64,000 nucleotides of DNA from an uncultured Solibacteraceae bacterium (GTDB taxonomy: Bacteria > Acidobacteriota > Terriglobia > Bryobacterales > Bryobacteraceae). The notes under the pieces were generated by a model. The model was not told the origin of the DNA and did not search any database. It saw only the letters and a list, made by a program, of their open reading frames with translations. The stretch spans positions 450,273 to 514,272 of the forward strand of contig CAWEAQ010000001.1 of assembly GCA_963807205.1 (NCBI GenBank), given 5' to 3'. Each line of letters begins with the position of its first letter. Position 1 is the stretch's first letter. The translations under genes were made by a program, and so were the position numbers. Shown piece by piece: positions 46,001-53,612 of this stretch.

Positions 46001-46196
46001 CACTGGCCACCCACGGATAGGTTGTGGTCAACGGGTAGTTCGGTCCCTGCGTCCCGTTCTGATTCGCCCCTACCACGTACGCAGGGTACGGATCGGACTG
46101 AGCGAACGCCGGAATGCTCACCCCCGCAGCCAGCAGGCCGACGAGCAGATGCAAAGGGCTAATTCCGGAATGCTTGCGAGAAGTTGTCACGGACAT
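43008..46196 (-). CDS. bifunctional YncE-like beta-propeller / phosphoesterase (phospholipase C/acid phosphatase AcpA family) protein, secreted
   Basis: Signal peptide is ..LLVGLLAAGVSIPAFAQ. The N-terminal half has YVTN-type propeller repeats (..GIAISPDGKTAYAV.., ..HSVVISPDGTTAYVSN.., ..PNSIAVDAVNNIAYVA..). The C-terminal half has the phosphoesterase motif IQHVFVIIRENRTYDQILGD, followed by DGHNW and ..EDDAQYGVDHVDGHRSP... An acidic tail ends in ADEDDDDL. Confidence 0.85.
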   Translation of the reverse strand: MSVTTSRKHSGISPLHLLVGLLAAGVSIPAFAQSDPYPAYVVGANQNGTQGPNYPLTTTYPWVASDGAFITPAGTQVYLGITTRAKAVALNPNTATHTAAVLQMGAPQAVTIFNTQTGKVLQTYSTMKGTNSDGSHNGISYTPDGLHLLFSQDGSYGPTSYVAVANVNPQTGLLSDGTQVGVPLDVTNSGALTNVTCFPGNSPPGTSGSFAIPCGYPVSIFSDDTFTSYPMGIAISPDGKTAYAVLDNNDTLTKIDLTAATPKQGAEIRVGNVPHSVVISPDGTTAYVSNEAGRIATADDFQGYSNGTPVVAAWPTGATATGTVSVVNLSTFTVTGSISTGLHPTGMAVWNNYLLVANTYDDTVSVINTGNNEVVTTINLGLPIAVPGANEPAYGAGPNSIAVDAVNNIAYVALYNANAIAVVNLGSGLCVLSCVSNPVMGMIPVGYGPSSVVLDAADGVLLVANDKGIGTTGFGVAPPPTNTAENSYGKEEGVVSFNTHQDLGSVSIVPVPNYLTLAAMTQTVFENNHWDLSGNIASAAGGNQYAAPVAIPEKIGAPSKIQHVFVIIRENRTYDQILGDVAGGNGQPSLAVFGDKSTFSQYPVVTPNAHAMVQRFPLLDNFYNASRQSADGHNWITQAMAPYSDDIQSPDWLRDYPSNGGDAIAYQKNGHLWDVAAAAGITVKNYGEYVESNTFNVPGCTPTNMTQPNGFNGAGSKSVALPFVVSDSCEPTWAQFYNDTLEYESGNEAQLKYFNVIGSVTPLPNLYNITVQNYPQFDLGIPDQYRVDVWQQDFASDVAAGSVPQLEFLWIMSDHTTGPPNAAAEVADNDLAVGRVVDYISHSPIWSSSAIFIEEDDAQYGVDHVDGHRSPGFVISPYVKQKVNSDGTGAGVIEDSTFYTQVNMTRTIEQILGLTPMNQFDLVAAPMTTLFINNPPAKNFLSWSHVPNQVPLCYGVSGYTAPTDISPSLNTCSSGSAAPQVKRPERRDVRALRAGWLNMKSQVFAAKYHTPDSLDADTVRHFDWYEATGFKVPFPGENKVRPASDFKRRVRVAKADEDDDDL

Positions 46197-46614
46197 GAGT
46201 AGTTTGCCTCTTTCGATTCCTTCCTATGTGTGACCAGGTATCGGTCATGCGGCTTGAGGTTGCTCAAGGAGCAGAACCAGTATGAGCCGCAAAAATGACG
46301 GCAGGATTACGTGAAAGTGACAAATCTGAAGTAAGGGCCTTATCGCAATTCAGGACTGCCGAACGCAGGTTGTGAAGGACTCGCCTTCTCTTCGCGAATC
46401 TCTTTCCGCCGCCAAGCTCAACCGTGTCGAAAACCAAGGCGTTGCCGTCCCGGCGGTACGGGCTCCGCTGGCTGTCTCGGCGGAAGCCTGCCACTAGCGG
46501 GCCGCACACCAATAGCGATGCGGATCTCCAAGAGCGGATCTGGCAAAACCCTCTATTTGCCTGGCGGCCTGGGTAGTGAATGATAAAGGACGTTGACATT
46601 CGTAAACAGCGGCA

Positions 46615-46893
46615 TTGGAAATGGAATTACTGCAAGGAGCCCGCTCCAAGCCGGAGGTCCGTCAGATCCAACAATCGCTTCGTCAACTGCAATTCCGCAT
46701 CTTGCCGCTTTCCGAGCCTATCGGAGCGACTGCGGCCGCGCTCGTCGAACAACACGCCATGGCCCATGGAATTCAACTTTCCGACGCACTGGTCGCAGCC
46801 ACCGCACTCGAATCGGCGCTACCCCTCTGTACCGGCAACATCAAGCACTTCCGTCCAATCCGGGCCCTTTCGCGGGTGGCTTTCCGGCCGTAG
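46615..46893 (+). pseudogene. PIN-domain (VapC-like) toxin remnant lacking the N-terminal catalytic region
   Basis: The ORF encodes only the C-terminal two thirds of a PIN domain (..MELLQGARSKPEV..HGIQLSDALVAATALESALPLCTGNIKHF). In-frame stops TGA 46594 and TAA 46603 lie just upstream. No intact antitoxin ORF precedes it. Confidence 0.55.
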
Positions 46894-46963
46894 GCGGAGA
46901 AGTCCAATCTGGCATCCGACTGGGCGTTCGACGCCCCGCGGCCGGTGTTATCTTGGATCTAGC

Positions 46964-48037
46964 ATGCGACGATTCGTATTCTCGATCATGATTTGCGGAC
47001 TACTGGCCGCCCAAGCGCCACAGCAGCCGGCGGGGCGCGGGGACATCGATTTCTTCGAGCGGGTGACCAATATTCTGGCGCCTACCAAAGTGTTCGACCA
47101 CGAAGGGAACCTGGTCAACGGAATCCGCCCCGAACAGTTCCACCTCCTCGACAACGGCAAGGAACAGAACGTCCGGGTTGAAGAGACCTTCATTCCCATG
47201 TCCATGGTGATCGCCATCCAGTGCAACGGCGAGGTGGACCAGATCCTGCCCAAGGTGAACCGCATCGGCAACATGATCGCTCCGCTGATGCTGGGAACCG
47301 AGGGCGAGGCGGCGGTGCTGGCCTTCGACCACCGCGTCCGCGTCATGCAGGATTTCACTTCCGAGCCGGACAAAATCACCGAGGCGGTGAAGAAGATCCA
47401 CGCCGGCAGCCTGTCGGCCACTCTGGTGGATGCCGTGGATGCGGCCGATCACATGCTGGAGTCGCGCCCCAAGGAACGGCAGAGGATCCTCCTGCTGATT
47501 AGTGAAACGCGCGACCAGGGCAGCATCAACACCGGGCGGCAGACGCTGCAGCACCTGCAACTACACAACATCACGGTGTACCAGGTGACCATGTCGCGCG
47601 TGCTGGGGAAACTGACCGGATCGCCGGATCTTCCGCGTCCCAACAACAACCCGCCGGCCATGACCCCCATGCCGTCCAACGTGCCGGCCACGCCCACCAC
47701 CATTATGCAGACCTATGGCACGGAGGGATCGCGGACGGAGTTTCTGCCGCTGCTCATCGAGATTTTCCACGACGCCAAGGCCATCTTCAAAGCGCCGGCG
47801 GCGGAGGTTTTCGTGCACGGGACGGGCGGCGAGCAGTTCGGTTTCTACCGCAACCACGGACTGGAGGACGCCATCCAGCGCATGGGCGAGGAACTACACA
47901 GCCAATACATGTTGAGCTACAGCCCCAACAATAAGTCCGAGGGCGGCTGGCACAGCATCACCGTGGAAGTGAGCGGCCACGGCAACGTGCGGGCCAAGAC
48001 CCGGTTGGGCTACTGGACGGCGGCGGACTTCCGGTAG
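46964..48037 (+). CDS. secreted VWA-domain protein (short paralogue B)
   Basis: ATG 46964 (MRRFVFSIMICGLLAAQAP). It is collinear with 41275..42384. A 75-nt stretch (47201-47275) differs at only 3 positions from 41548-41622. Confidence 0.85.
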   Translation: MRRFVFSIMICGLLAAQAPQQPAGRGDIDFFERVTNILAPTKVFDHEGNLVNGIRPEQFHLLDNGKEQNVRVEETFIPMSMVIAIQCNGEVDQILPKVNRIGNMIAPLMLGTEGEAAVLAFDHRVRVMQDFTSEPDKITEAVKKIHAGSLSATLVDAVDAADHMLESRPKERQRILLLISETRDQGSINTGRQTLQHLQLHNITVYQVTMSRVLGKLTGSPDLPRPNNNPPAMTPMPSNVPATPTTIMQTYGTEGSRTEFLPLLIEIFHDAKAIFKAPAAEVFVHGTGGEQFGFYRNHGLEDAIQRMGEELHSQYMLSYSPNNKSEGGWHSITVEVSGHGNVRAKTRLGYWTAADFR

Positions 48038-48047
48038 GGCGGGGACG

Positions 48048-48884
48048 CTATCGGGCGCAACCGTTCGGGAATAGCAGTTTGGCGAGCGCCTCGCTCTTGC
48101 CGATGTTGGCTTCCACGAATTCCGCGCCCTCGGCCGTCAGGGTGTAATCCGAGTTGTCCGCCGCAGTGAGGTAGCCCTTGGAGCGGAGATACCACATGGT
48201 GAAAGCCAGGTACTCGCGCGGGAAGTTCATGCGCTTTTCCAGATCGAGCAGCGATACCTGGGGATGTTCGGAGTCCAGGCGCCGCTGGTTATATAACAAG
48301 GACAGCACGCCCAGGCGCCGGTTGCCCTCGGCTTCCACGCCCGTTACGAAGTCCTTCATCTCGAAGACCGGCATCGGCCCCTCCGCCTCCTTTTGGTGGC
48401 GGGCGTCGTAGGCGGCGCGGCGTTCGGGATCGGAGAGTACCTCGTAGGCCGTCTTGAGCAGTATGAACTTCTCGGTATCGCCGGTTTCCGGGTTATCCGG
48501 GTGGAAACGGGCGGCCATGATGCGGTAGACCCGGTAAACGGTCTCGGCTTCGGCCTGGGGACCGATCTGCAGGATGTCGTAGTAGTCGGGCTCTTCGGCG
48601 GCGGGAACGGCCTCGGCCTCGTTCTCCACCGCCGGACCGCGCACCAGGCGGATGCTGTGGTCCGCGCCGTTGCGGGAGGAATGCCGCACGTAATACTTTT
48701 CCGTACGAGTGCCGTCCCGCGATTCGATCAGCACGATACTGCCGGGCTTGATCGATTCGAAGCGCTGCAGGGCCATCTCGTTGCCCTGGGTACCCGCCCC
48801 AGGGGCGTCGGCGGCGGGGGCTGCTTCGGGTTGCTCGTCGGTGTTCATCCAGTTATCGAGTTCCAGTGGCGCGCTCCTCTGCAT
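48048..48884 (-). CDS. J-domain (DnaJ-like) protein with unassigned N- and C-terminal domains
   Basis: J-domain with HPD is DYYDILQIGPQAEAETVYRVYRIMAARFHPDNPETGDTEKFILLKTAYEVLSDPERRAAYD. No Gly/Phe or zinc-finger region is present. The C-terminal ~90 aa look winged-helix-like (weak). The start is 48884 or 48848. Confidence 0.8.
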   Translation of the reverse strand: MQRSAPLELDNWMNTDEQPEAAPAADAPGAGTQGNEMALQRFESIKPGSIVLIESRDGTRTEKYYVRHSSRNGADHSIRLVRGPAVENEAEAVPAAEEPDYYDILQIGPQAEAETVYRVYRIMAARFHPDNPETGDTEKFILLKTAYEVLSDPERRAAYDARHQKEAEGPMPVFEMKDFVTGVEAEGNRRLGVLSLLYNQRRLDSEHPQVSLLDLEKRMNFPREYLAFTMWYLRSKGYLTAADNSDYTLTAEGAEFVEANIGKSEALAKLLFPNGCAR

Positions 48885-49020
48885 CCGGCGTTACTCCTTT
48901 GTAACAAACGGCTTCTGCCACGATAATAGGCTGGCGGCGCGGTTCCGGGCAAGGGTGGTACTACCATGACTACTCTGGTGTGATTTCGGGCGAAGCGTAC
49001 TCCGGACCAATAATAATAAG

Positions 49021-49341
49021 GTGACATACACGCTAATTCCGACCCTCGCGAGGGAGGTAGAGATACCCGAGAACGGCATCCTCAGCCGCACCCTGTTCGA
49101 GGATGCGCACGTCAAGATCCTGGTCTTCGGCTTCGCGCCCGGCCAGGAACTCTCCGCCCACACCGCCCCCATGTCCGCCAGCATTTACATCCACAGCGGC
49201 GAGGCGCGCCTCACGCTGGGTCCGGACAGCGTGGAGGTGCAAGCCGGCGCCTTTGTGCACATGCCCCCGCAACTGCCCCACGGCATCTTTGCCACGACGG
49301 CTGTGGTGATGATGCTGCAGATGTACAAGCAGGCGCGGTAG
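49021..49341 (+). CDS. cupin-domain protein
   Basis: GTG start, 106 aa. Cupin-like strands are ..VKILVFGFAPGQELSAHTAP.SASIYIHSGEARLTLG..VEVQAGAFVHMPPQLPHG.. Confidence 0.65.
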   Translation: MTYTLIPTLAREVEIPENGILSRTLFEDAHVKILVFGFAPGQELSAHTAPMSASIYIHSGEARLTLGPDSVEVQAGAFVHMPPQLPHGIFATTAVVMMLQMYKQAR

Positions 49342-49405
49342 GGCGGCGGGCTGCCAGCTTGCCCTCCACATGACCGTTGCGGTGCGCGACAATGGAGGTC
49401 ACCTT

Positions 49406-49981
49406 ATGAAGGTAGTCGCGATCAACGGCAGCGCCCGTCGAGGCGGAAATACTGCCATCCTGCTGAACCATGTCCTGGGCGAGTTGCGAACCGAGGGCAT
49501 CGAAACCGAACTGGTGGAACTGGGTGGCGTCGCCATCCGCGGTTGCCGCGCCTGCCGCAAATGCAGCGTCCGCAAGGACCGCCGCTGCTCTCAGGAAGAC
49601 GATTTCGGCAACGCCTGCATCGAGAAGATGGAAGCCGCCGACGGCATCCTGCTGGGCTCGCCTACCTACGTGACCGATGTCACGCCGGAAATCAAAGCCC
49701 TCATCGACCGCGCGTGCCTGGTCTCGGGCGCCAATGGCGGCATGTACCGCCGTAAAGTGGGCGCCGCCGTGGTAGCGGTGCGCCGGGCGGGCGCCACCCA
49801 CGCCTTCGACACCCTGAACCACTTCTTCCTTATTACGGAGATGATCGTGCCAGGCTCCTGCTACTGGAACATCGGCATTGGCCGCGAGCCCGGAGAAGTG
49901 GAGAAGGACGAGGAAGGCATCCGCACCATGAAAGTCCTGGGCCGCAACATGGCGTGGCTGCTGAAGAAACTTCACGCGTAA
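49406..49981 (+). CDS. NADPH-dependent FMN reductase / iron-sulfur flavoprotein-like protein
   Basis: ATG 49406 gives MKVVAINGSARRGGNTA (flavodoxin-like P-loop). A Cys cluster is GCRACRKC..RRC. A further family block is SPTYVTDVTPEIKALIDR. Confidence 0.8.
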   Translation: MKVVAINGSARRGGNTAILLNHVLGELRTEGIETELVELGGVAIRGCRACRKCSVRKDRRCSQEDDFGNACIEKMEAADGILLGSPTYVTDVTPEIKALIDRACLVSGANGGMYRRKVGAAVVAVRRAGATHAFDTLNHFFLITEMIVPGSCYWNIGIGREPGEVEKDEEGIRTMKVLGRNMAWLLKKLHA

Positions 49982-50028
49982 ACATAGTGCGCATACCGTT
50001 CGGCAGCGGGCAGTGTTAAGCTTCTGAT

Positions 50029-51189
50029 ATGGCACGGCTGGTACCGTGGGTAACCGTTCTTTTCGTCCTTCCGGCGCCAATGGCCGCGTTTTCGGCCGTG
50101 GATGCCGACCGCGACTTTTCCGGCAAGTGGTTCCTGGATACGCGCAATAGCAATGCGAGCGCGCTGGCCTTCCCGTCGGCGCCGGTCATGGACGTAACTC
50201 AGCAGGATTTCGCCATCCGCTGTTCCGCCCCGGGTGGGACCGGCCCCGCCCTGCAATGGACGTGGCTGCTCGACGGCACGGAATCCCGCAGCCAGGCCGG
50301 CGGCGACACCTGGAGCAGCAAGGTGAAATGGGAAGGCGCCGCGCTCCTCACCAACACCATTGTCACGGGAGCCCACGAATATAGCGTGATGGACCGCTGG
50401 AAACTGTCCCGCGACCGTGCCACGCTGATCGTCAGCCGCGAGATCGTGCAACGGGGCGCTATCACCGAAGGCGAGTTGGTTTACACCCGCGAGAAGCGCG
50501 CCGCGCCCGCCGACCCCGTTCCGGCCGACGGCCCGAACCCGCCGGATCCTGCGCTAGTTCCCACGCCGATCCAGCGCCGGCCTGAGCCGCCATCCCCCGA
50601 TGCCGGATACACGGTTCCCGCCGGATCGCGGGTGGCGATGACCCTCAAGAACAACCTCGATACCAAACACGCTCACGAAGGGGACCATGTGTATTTGGAA
50701 GTCTCGGTCCCGGTGTACTCGAGCGGCCGCCTGGTGATCCCGCGCGGCAGCCTGGTGAACGGCATCGTCACGGAAAGCACGCCGGCCAAGGGCATGCGAG
50801 GTAAGGGCCAGTTGTTCATCCGCTTCGAAACGCTCACCCTGCCCAATGGCGTAAGCCGCGACTTCCGCTCGCGCCTGGGATCGGCGGATTCCGGGCATGG
50901 GCAGGTGGATACCAAAGAAGGCGGCATCACCGGGGAGCGCGACGGCACGGGCGAGGCCCGAACCGTGGGCACGGATACGGGGATAGGCGCCGGGATCGGC
51001 ACCATGGCTGGAGCGGCCACAGGGCACACCATGGCAGGCTTAGGCATAGGCGCGGCCGCTGGAGTTGCCGGCGGGCTGGCCACCATATTCCACGACAAGA
51101 AGGCTGACGTGGTGCTGCCGCGGGGCGCCATGCTGGAGATGGTCCTCGACCGGGACATCACCTTCAGCCGCGAGGAACTGGGCTTCTAG
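50029..51189 (+). CDS. secreted hypothetical protein; C-terminal half resembles the TrbI/VirB10 beta-barrel domain (weak)
   Basis: It has a signal peptide. The C-terminal pattern is VPAGSRVAMTLKNNLDTKHAHEGDHVYLEVSVPVYSSGRLVIPRGSLVNGIV..GQLFIRFETLTLPNGVSRDF, followed by a Gly/Ala-rich segment. Confidence 0.55.
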   Translation: MARLVPWVTVLFVLPAPMAAFSAVDADRDFSGKWFLDTRNSNASALAFPSAPVMDVTQQDFAIRCSAPGGTGPALQWTWLLDGTESRSQAGGDTWSSKVKWEGAALLTNTIVTGAHEYSVMDRWKLSRDRATLIVSREIVQRGAITEGELVYTREKRAAPADPVPADGPNPPDPALVPTPIQRRPEPPSPDAGYTVPAGSRVAMTLKNNLDTKHAHEGDHVYLEVSVPVYSSGRLVIPRGSLVNGIVTESTPAKGMRGKGQLFIRFETLTLPNGVSRDFRSRLGSADSGHGQVDTKEGGITGERDGTGEARTVGTDTGIGAGIGTMAGAATGHTMAGLGIGAAAGVAGGLATIFHDKKADVVLPRGAMLEMVLDRDITFSREELGF

Positions 51190-51199
51190 CTCGCCGCGC

Positions 51200-52066
51200 C
51201 TATAGCACGTCCGCGAACCCGCGCTTCATGTAGCGGAAGAACAGCCCGCCGAGAACGAACACCAGCGCTCCGGAAGCCGCCAGGATGGCCAGGTCCCACG
51301 GGCGCGGCCAGGCGCCATCCAGCAGCGCGGAGCGGTACACCTTCACGGCGTAGTTCATGGGATTGGCGTAGAGCAGGAAGTGGACCCGCGTCGGGACCCG
51401 GTCCTCGGTAATCATGATGGGCGTGAGCCAAAACCAGAAGGTCAGCACCACGGAGAGAAACTGCGCCGTATCGCGCAGAAACACGTGCAGGCCGGCCATC
51501 ACCCAGCCCAGTCCAACGGCAAATAGCCCAATCAGGCACATGTAGACCGGCAGAAGCAGCAAAAAAGCGCTGAATTTGTGGAGAAGAAGCGCCGCCGCAC
51601 CCACCATTAATGTTAGAGCGAGGAGGTGGCTGACTAGAGACGACAGAAATACCGAGACAGGGACGATCTCCGAAGGGAAGACGGACTTGGTGATCAGGTT
51701 GGCGTGGTCCAGCAGGCTGCCGGCCGAGCGTTGCACCGTTTCGCTGAAGAGTAGCCAGGGCAACATGCCCGAGAAAACGAAGAGTGGATAGCTGGCGACG
51801 CCGCTGGGCGGAGGGATCTTCAGGCAGTACTGGAAGATGTACACCCAACTCAGCAACAGCACCAGCGGATGGATCAAACCCCAGATCCAGCCGATGGCCG
51901 AGCCCACGAAGCGCTGCTCAAAATCGCGCCGCACCAGTTGGAAGAGCAGACTGCGCCGCTCGACGAGGTTGCGTACAAACAAACTTCCGGGGATTCTCCA
52001 GGCCACGTATACCGGGATAATACTAGGTTTTTCAATAACTTGCAAGTATGAGATAGCCCTTGACAA
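51200..52066 (-). CDS. ABC-2-type (Wzm/TagG/KpsM-like) polysaccharide-export permease
   Basis: Motif LLFQLVRRDFEQRFVGSAIGWIWGLIHPLV is followed by 6 TM helices. The tracked start is TTG and is uncertain. Confidence 0.8.
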   Translation of the reverse strand: MSRAISYLQVIEKPSIIPVYVAWRIPGSLFVRNLVERRSLLFQLVRRDFEQRFVGSAIGWIWGLIHPLVLLLSWVYIFQYCLKIPPPSGVASYPLFVFSGMLPWLLFSETVQRSAGSLLDHANLITKSVFPSEIVPVSVFLSSLVSHLLALTLMVGAAALLLHKFSAFLLLLPVYMCLIGLFAVGLGWVMAGLHVFLRDTAQFLSVVLTFWFWLTPIMITEDRVPTRVHFLLYANPMNYAVKVYRSALLDGAWPRPWDLAILAASGALVFVLGGLFFRYMKRGFADVL

Positions 52067-52185
52067 CGGTATGCGGCTGGTGGTAAAGTTTCAGTTTCGT
52101 TCAGCCGATCTGTATTAAAGAGTCCCAACCGGGTTCCGGGAGCGGATATCGTCCCGAATCTCAAGGCCCCGGTCAGGAGAAATCA

Positions 52186-53076
52186 GTGAAGCAGGAATAC
52201 TTCGTACTAGTGGTAGCCCACTCCCTGCGTGGTCGTCTGCGGCGTATTCATATCCCTCATCAAGCGGTCTACTCCATTCTGGCTCTCGCTCTTTTAGGCT
52301 GTTTTTCCGCGTTCGGTTTCGTGGCCAGTTACGCCCGCATGGCCTGGAAGGTCGCCAACTACAACTCGCTCCGCAAGGAAGCCGATGGCCTCCGCAGCCG
52401 CTATCAGAATCTGCAGAAGGTAGTCAACCAAAAGGACGATCAGCTTGCCAGCCTGGAGCTAAACGCCAAGGAAGTCGCCATGGCGTACGGCATGAAGGAC
52501 AAACTGGAAGGCCCCGCGGATCTCTCCAGCGAGGGCAAACTGGTGCCCACCTTCGCCGAAAGCCTGGAGGACTACAACTTCCTTCGCAGCGCCAATCTAT
52601 TGGCTTTGCAGAGCCACCACTCCCGCGGCTTTCAAACCGACTCCATTCCCAATCTCTGGCCGGTGGAAGGCACGCTCACGGGCTCTTACGGCACGCGCAC
52701 AGATCCTCTCTCCGGCGAGGGCACCGAGTTCCACTCAGGCGCCGATATTAGCGCTCCCATCGGTACGCCGGTGCGGGCTCCCGCCGATGGCATCGTGACG
52801 TTTGCCGCCATGGAAGGCGGATACGGCCGCATGATCCAGATCGATCACGGTGGCGGCATCACCACCCGGTACGGCCATCTCTCGAAGTTCTTCGTTTTCG
52901 CCGGCCAGGAAGTCCGCCGGGGCGAGAAGATCGGGGCGGTTGGGAATACCGGCCGCGTCACCGCGCCGCACCTGCACTACGAGGTCCGCACCAACGGGAC
53001 GCCGATGAACCCGTACCGCTACCTGGTGAACTCGGCCGTGTTCCACGAATCCGCGCGCAAAGACTTCCCGTTCTAG
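52186..53076 (+). CDS. M23-family metallopeptidase with N-terminal membrane anchor and coiled coil
   Basis: GTG 52186 is preceded by AGGAG. LytM motifs are FHSGADISAPIGTPVRAPADG and GRVTAPHLHYEVR. Confidence 0.88.
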   Translation: MKQEYFVLVVAHSLRGRLRRIHIPHQAVYSILALALLGCFSAFGFVASYARMAWKVANYNSLRKEADGLRSRYQNLQKVVNQKDDQLASLELNAKEVAMAYGMKDKLEGPADLSSEGKLVPTFAESLEDYNFLRSANLLALQSHHSRGFQTDSIPNLWPVEGTLTGSYGTRTDPLSGEGTEFHSGADISAPIGTPVRAPADGIVTFAAMEGGYGRMIQIDHGGGITTRYGHLSKFFVFAGQEVRRGEKIGAVGNTGRVTAPHLHYEVRTNGTPMNPYRYLVNSAVFHESARKDFPF

Positions 53077-53217
53077 CCAGCGCGTCTCTCACGGAAGGAT
53101 TTGCGACCCCTCGGCCGACGCGGGCCGCGCCCGGCGTTTACACCTCCAGCCCGCGGCCTTCCCGCGCTTCCTGGTGGTGGGGAGCTATGGGTGAGAAGGC
53201 GCGCGATGCGTCGGCCC

Positions 53218-53571
53218 CTACGACCGCGCAAGTATCCGCATAGATGCCGTGGAGGACTCGGGTTCCGCGTTATCGCCGCCCTGATCTTCCAGATTCCTGT
53301 GAACCCACAGAGTGACCAGTCCACAGGCAATCAGAATGGTCAGCAGGATGCCGAGCCAGCGCAGCGTCCCCGCGTTCCAGGCCCGTTCGCGCGAAACCGC
53401 GGCGGCCGTGGCCTTGACGATGGCGAAGGCGCCCGCCGCCGAGAGGGCCAACTTGAGGTGCCACGGCGTCAGGTCGAAATGATCCTGGCCGCCGATCATG
53501 CTCCACAGCGCCAGCATGGTAATCAGCGCGATCAGGAACTGCGTCGAATAGGCTAGACGAATAAGGTGCAT
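53218..53571 (-). CDS. hypothetical membrane protein (117 aa)
   Basis: ATG ORF with three hydrophobic helices. No family was recognised. Confidence 0.4.
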   Translation of the reverse strand: MHLIRLAYSTQFLIALITMLALWSMIGGQDHFDLTPWHLKLALSAAGAFAIVKATAAAVSRERAWNAGTLRWLGILLTILIACGLVTLWVHRNLEDQGGDNAEPESSTASMRILARS

Positions 53572-53612
53572 GGGCCGCAGCGCTCTTCCATATTACGTTA
53601 TCCTGAAAACAG

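Noticed and set aside
43008-46196. Horizontal-transfer call based on lower GC of the propeller/phosphoesterase gene
   Set aside because: This is only a visual impression and I could not compute composition or codon usage. It is kept as a hint inside other findings, not as a claim.
46264-46599. 111-aa minus-strand ORF upstream of the PIN remnant
   Set aside because: No motif, no convincing start context, and it overlaps the putative antitoxin relic on the other strand. It is probably non-coding.
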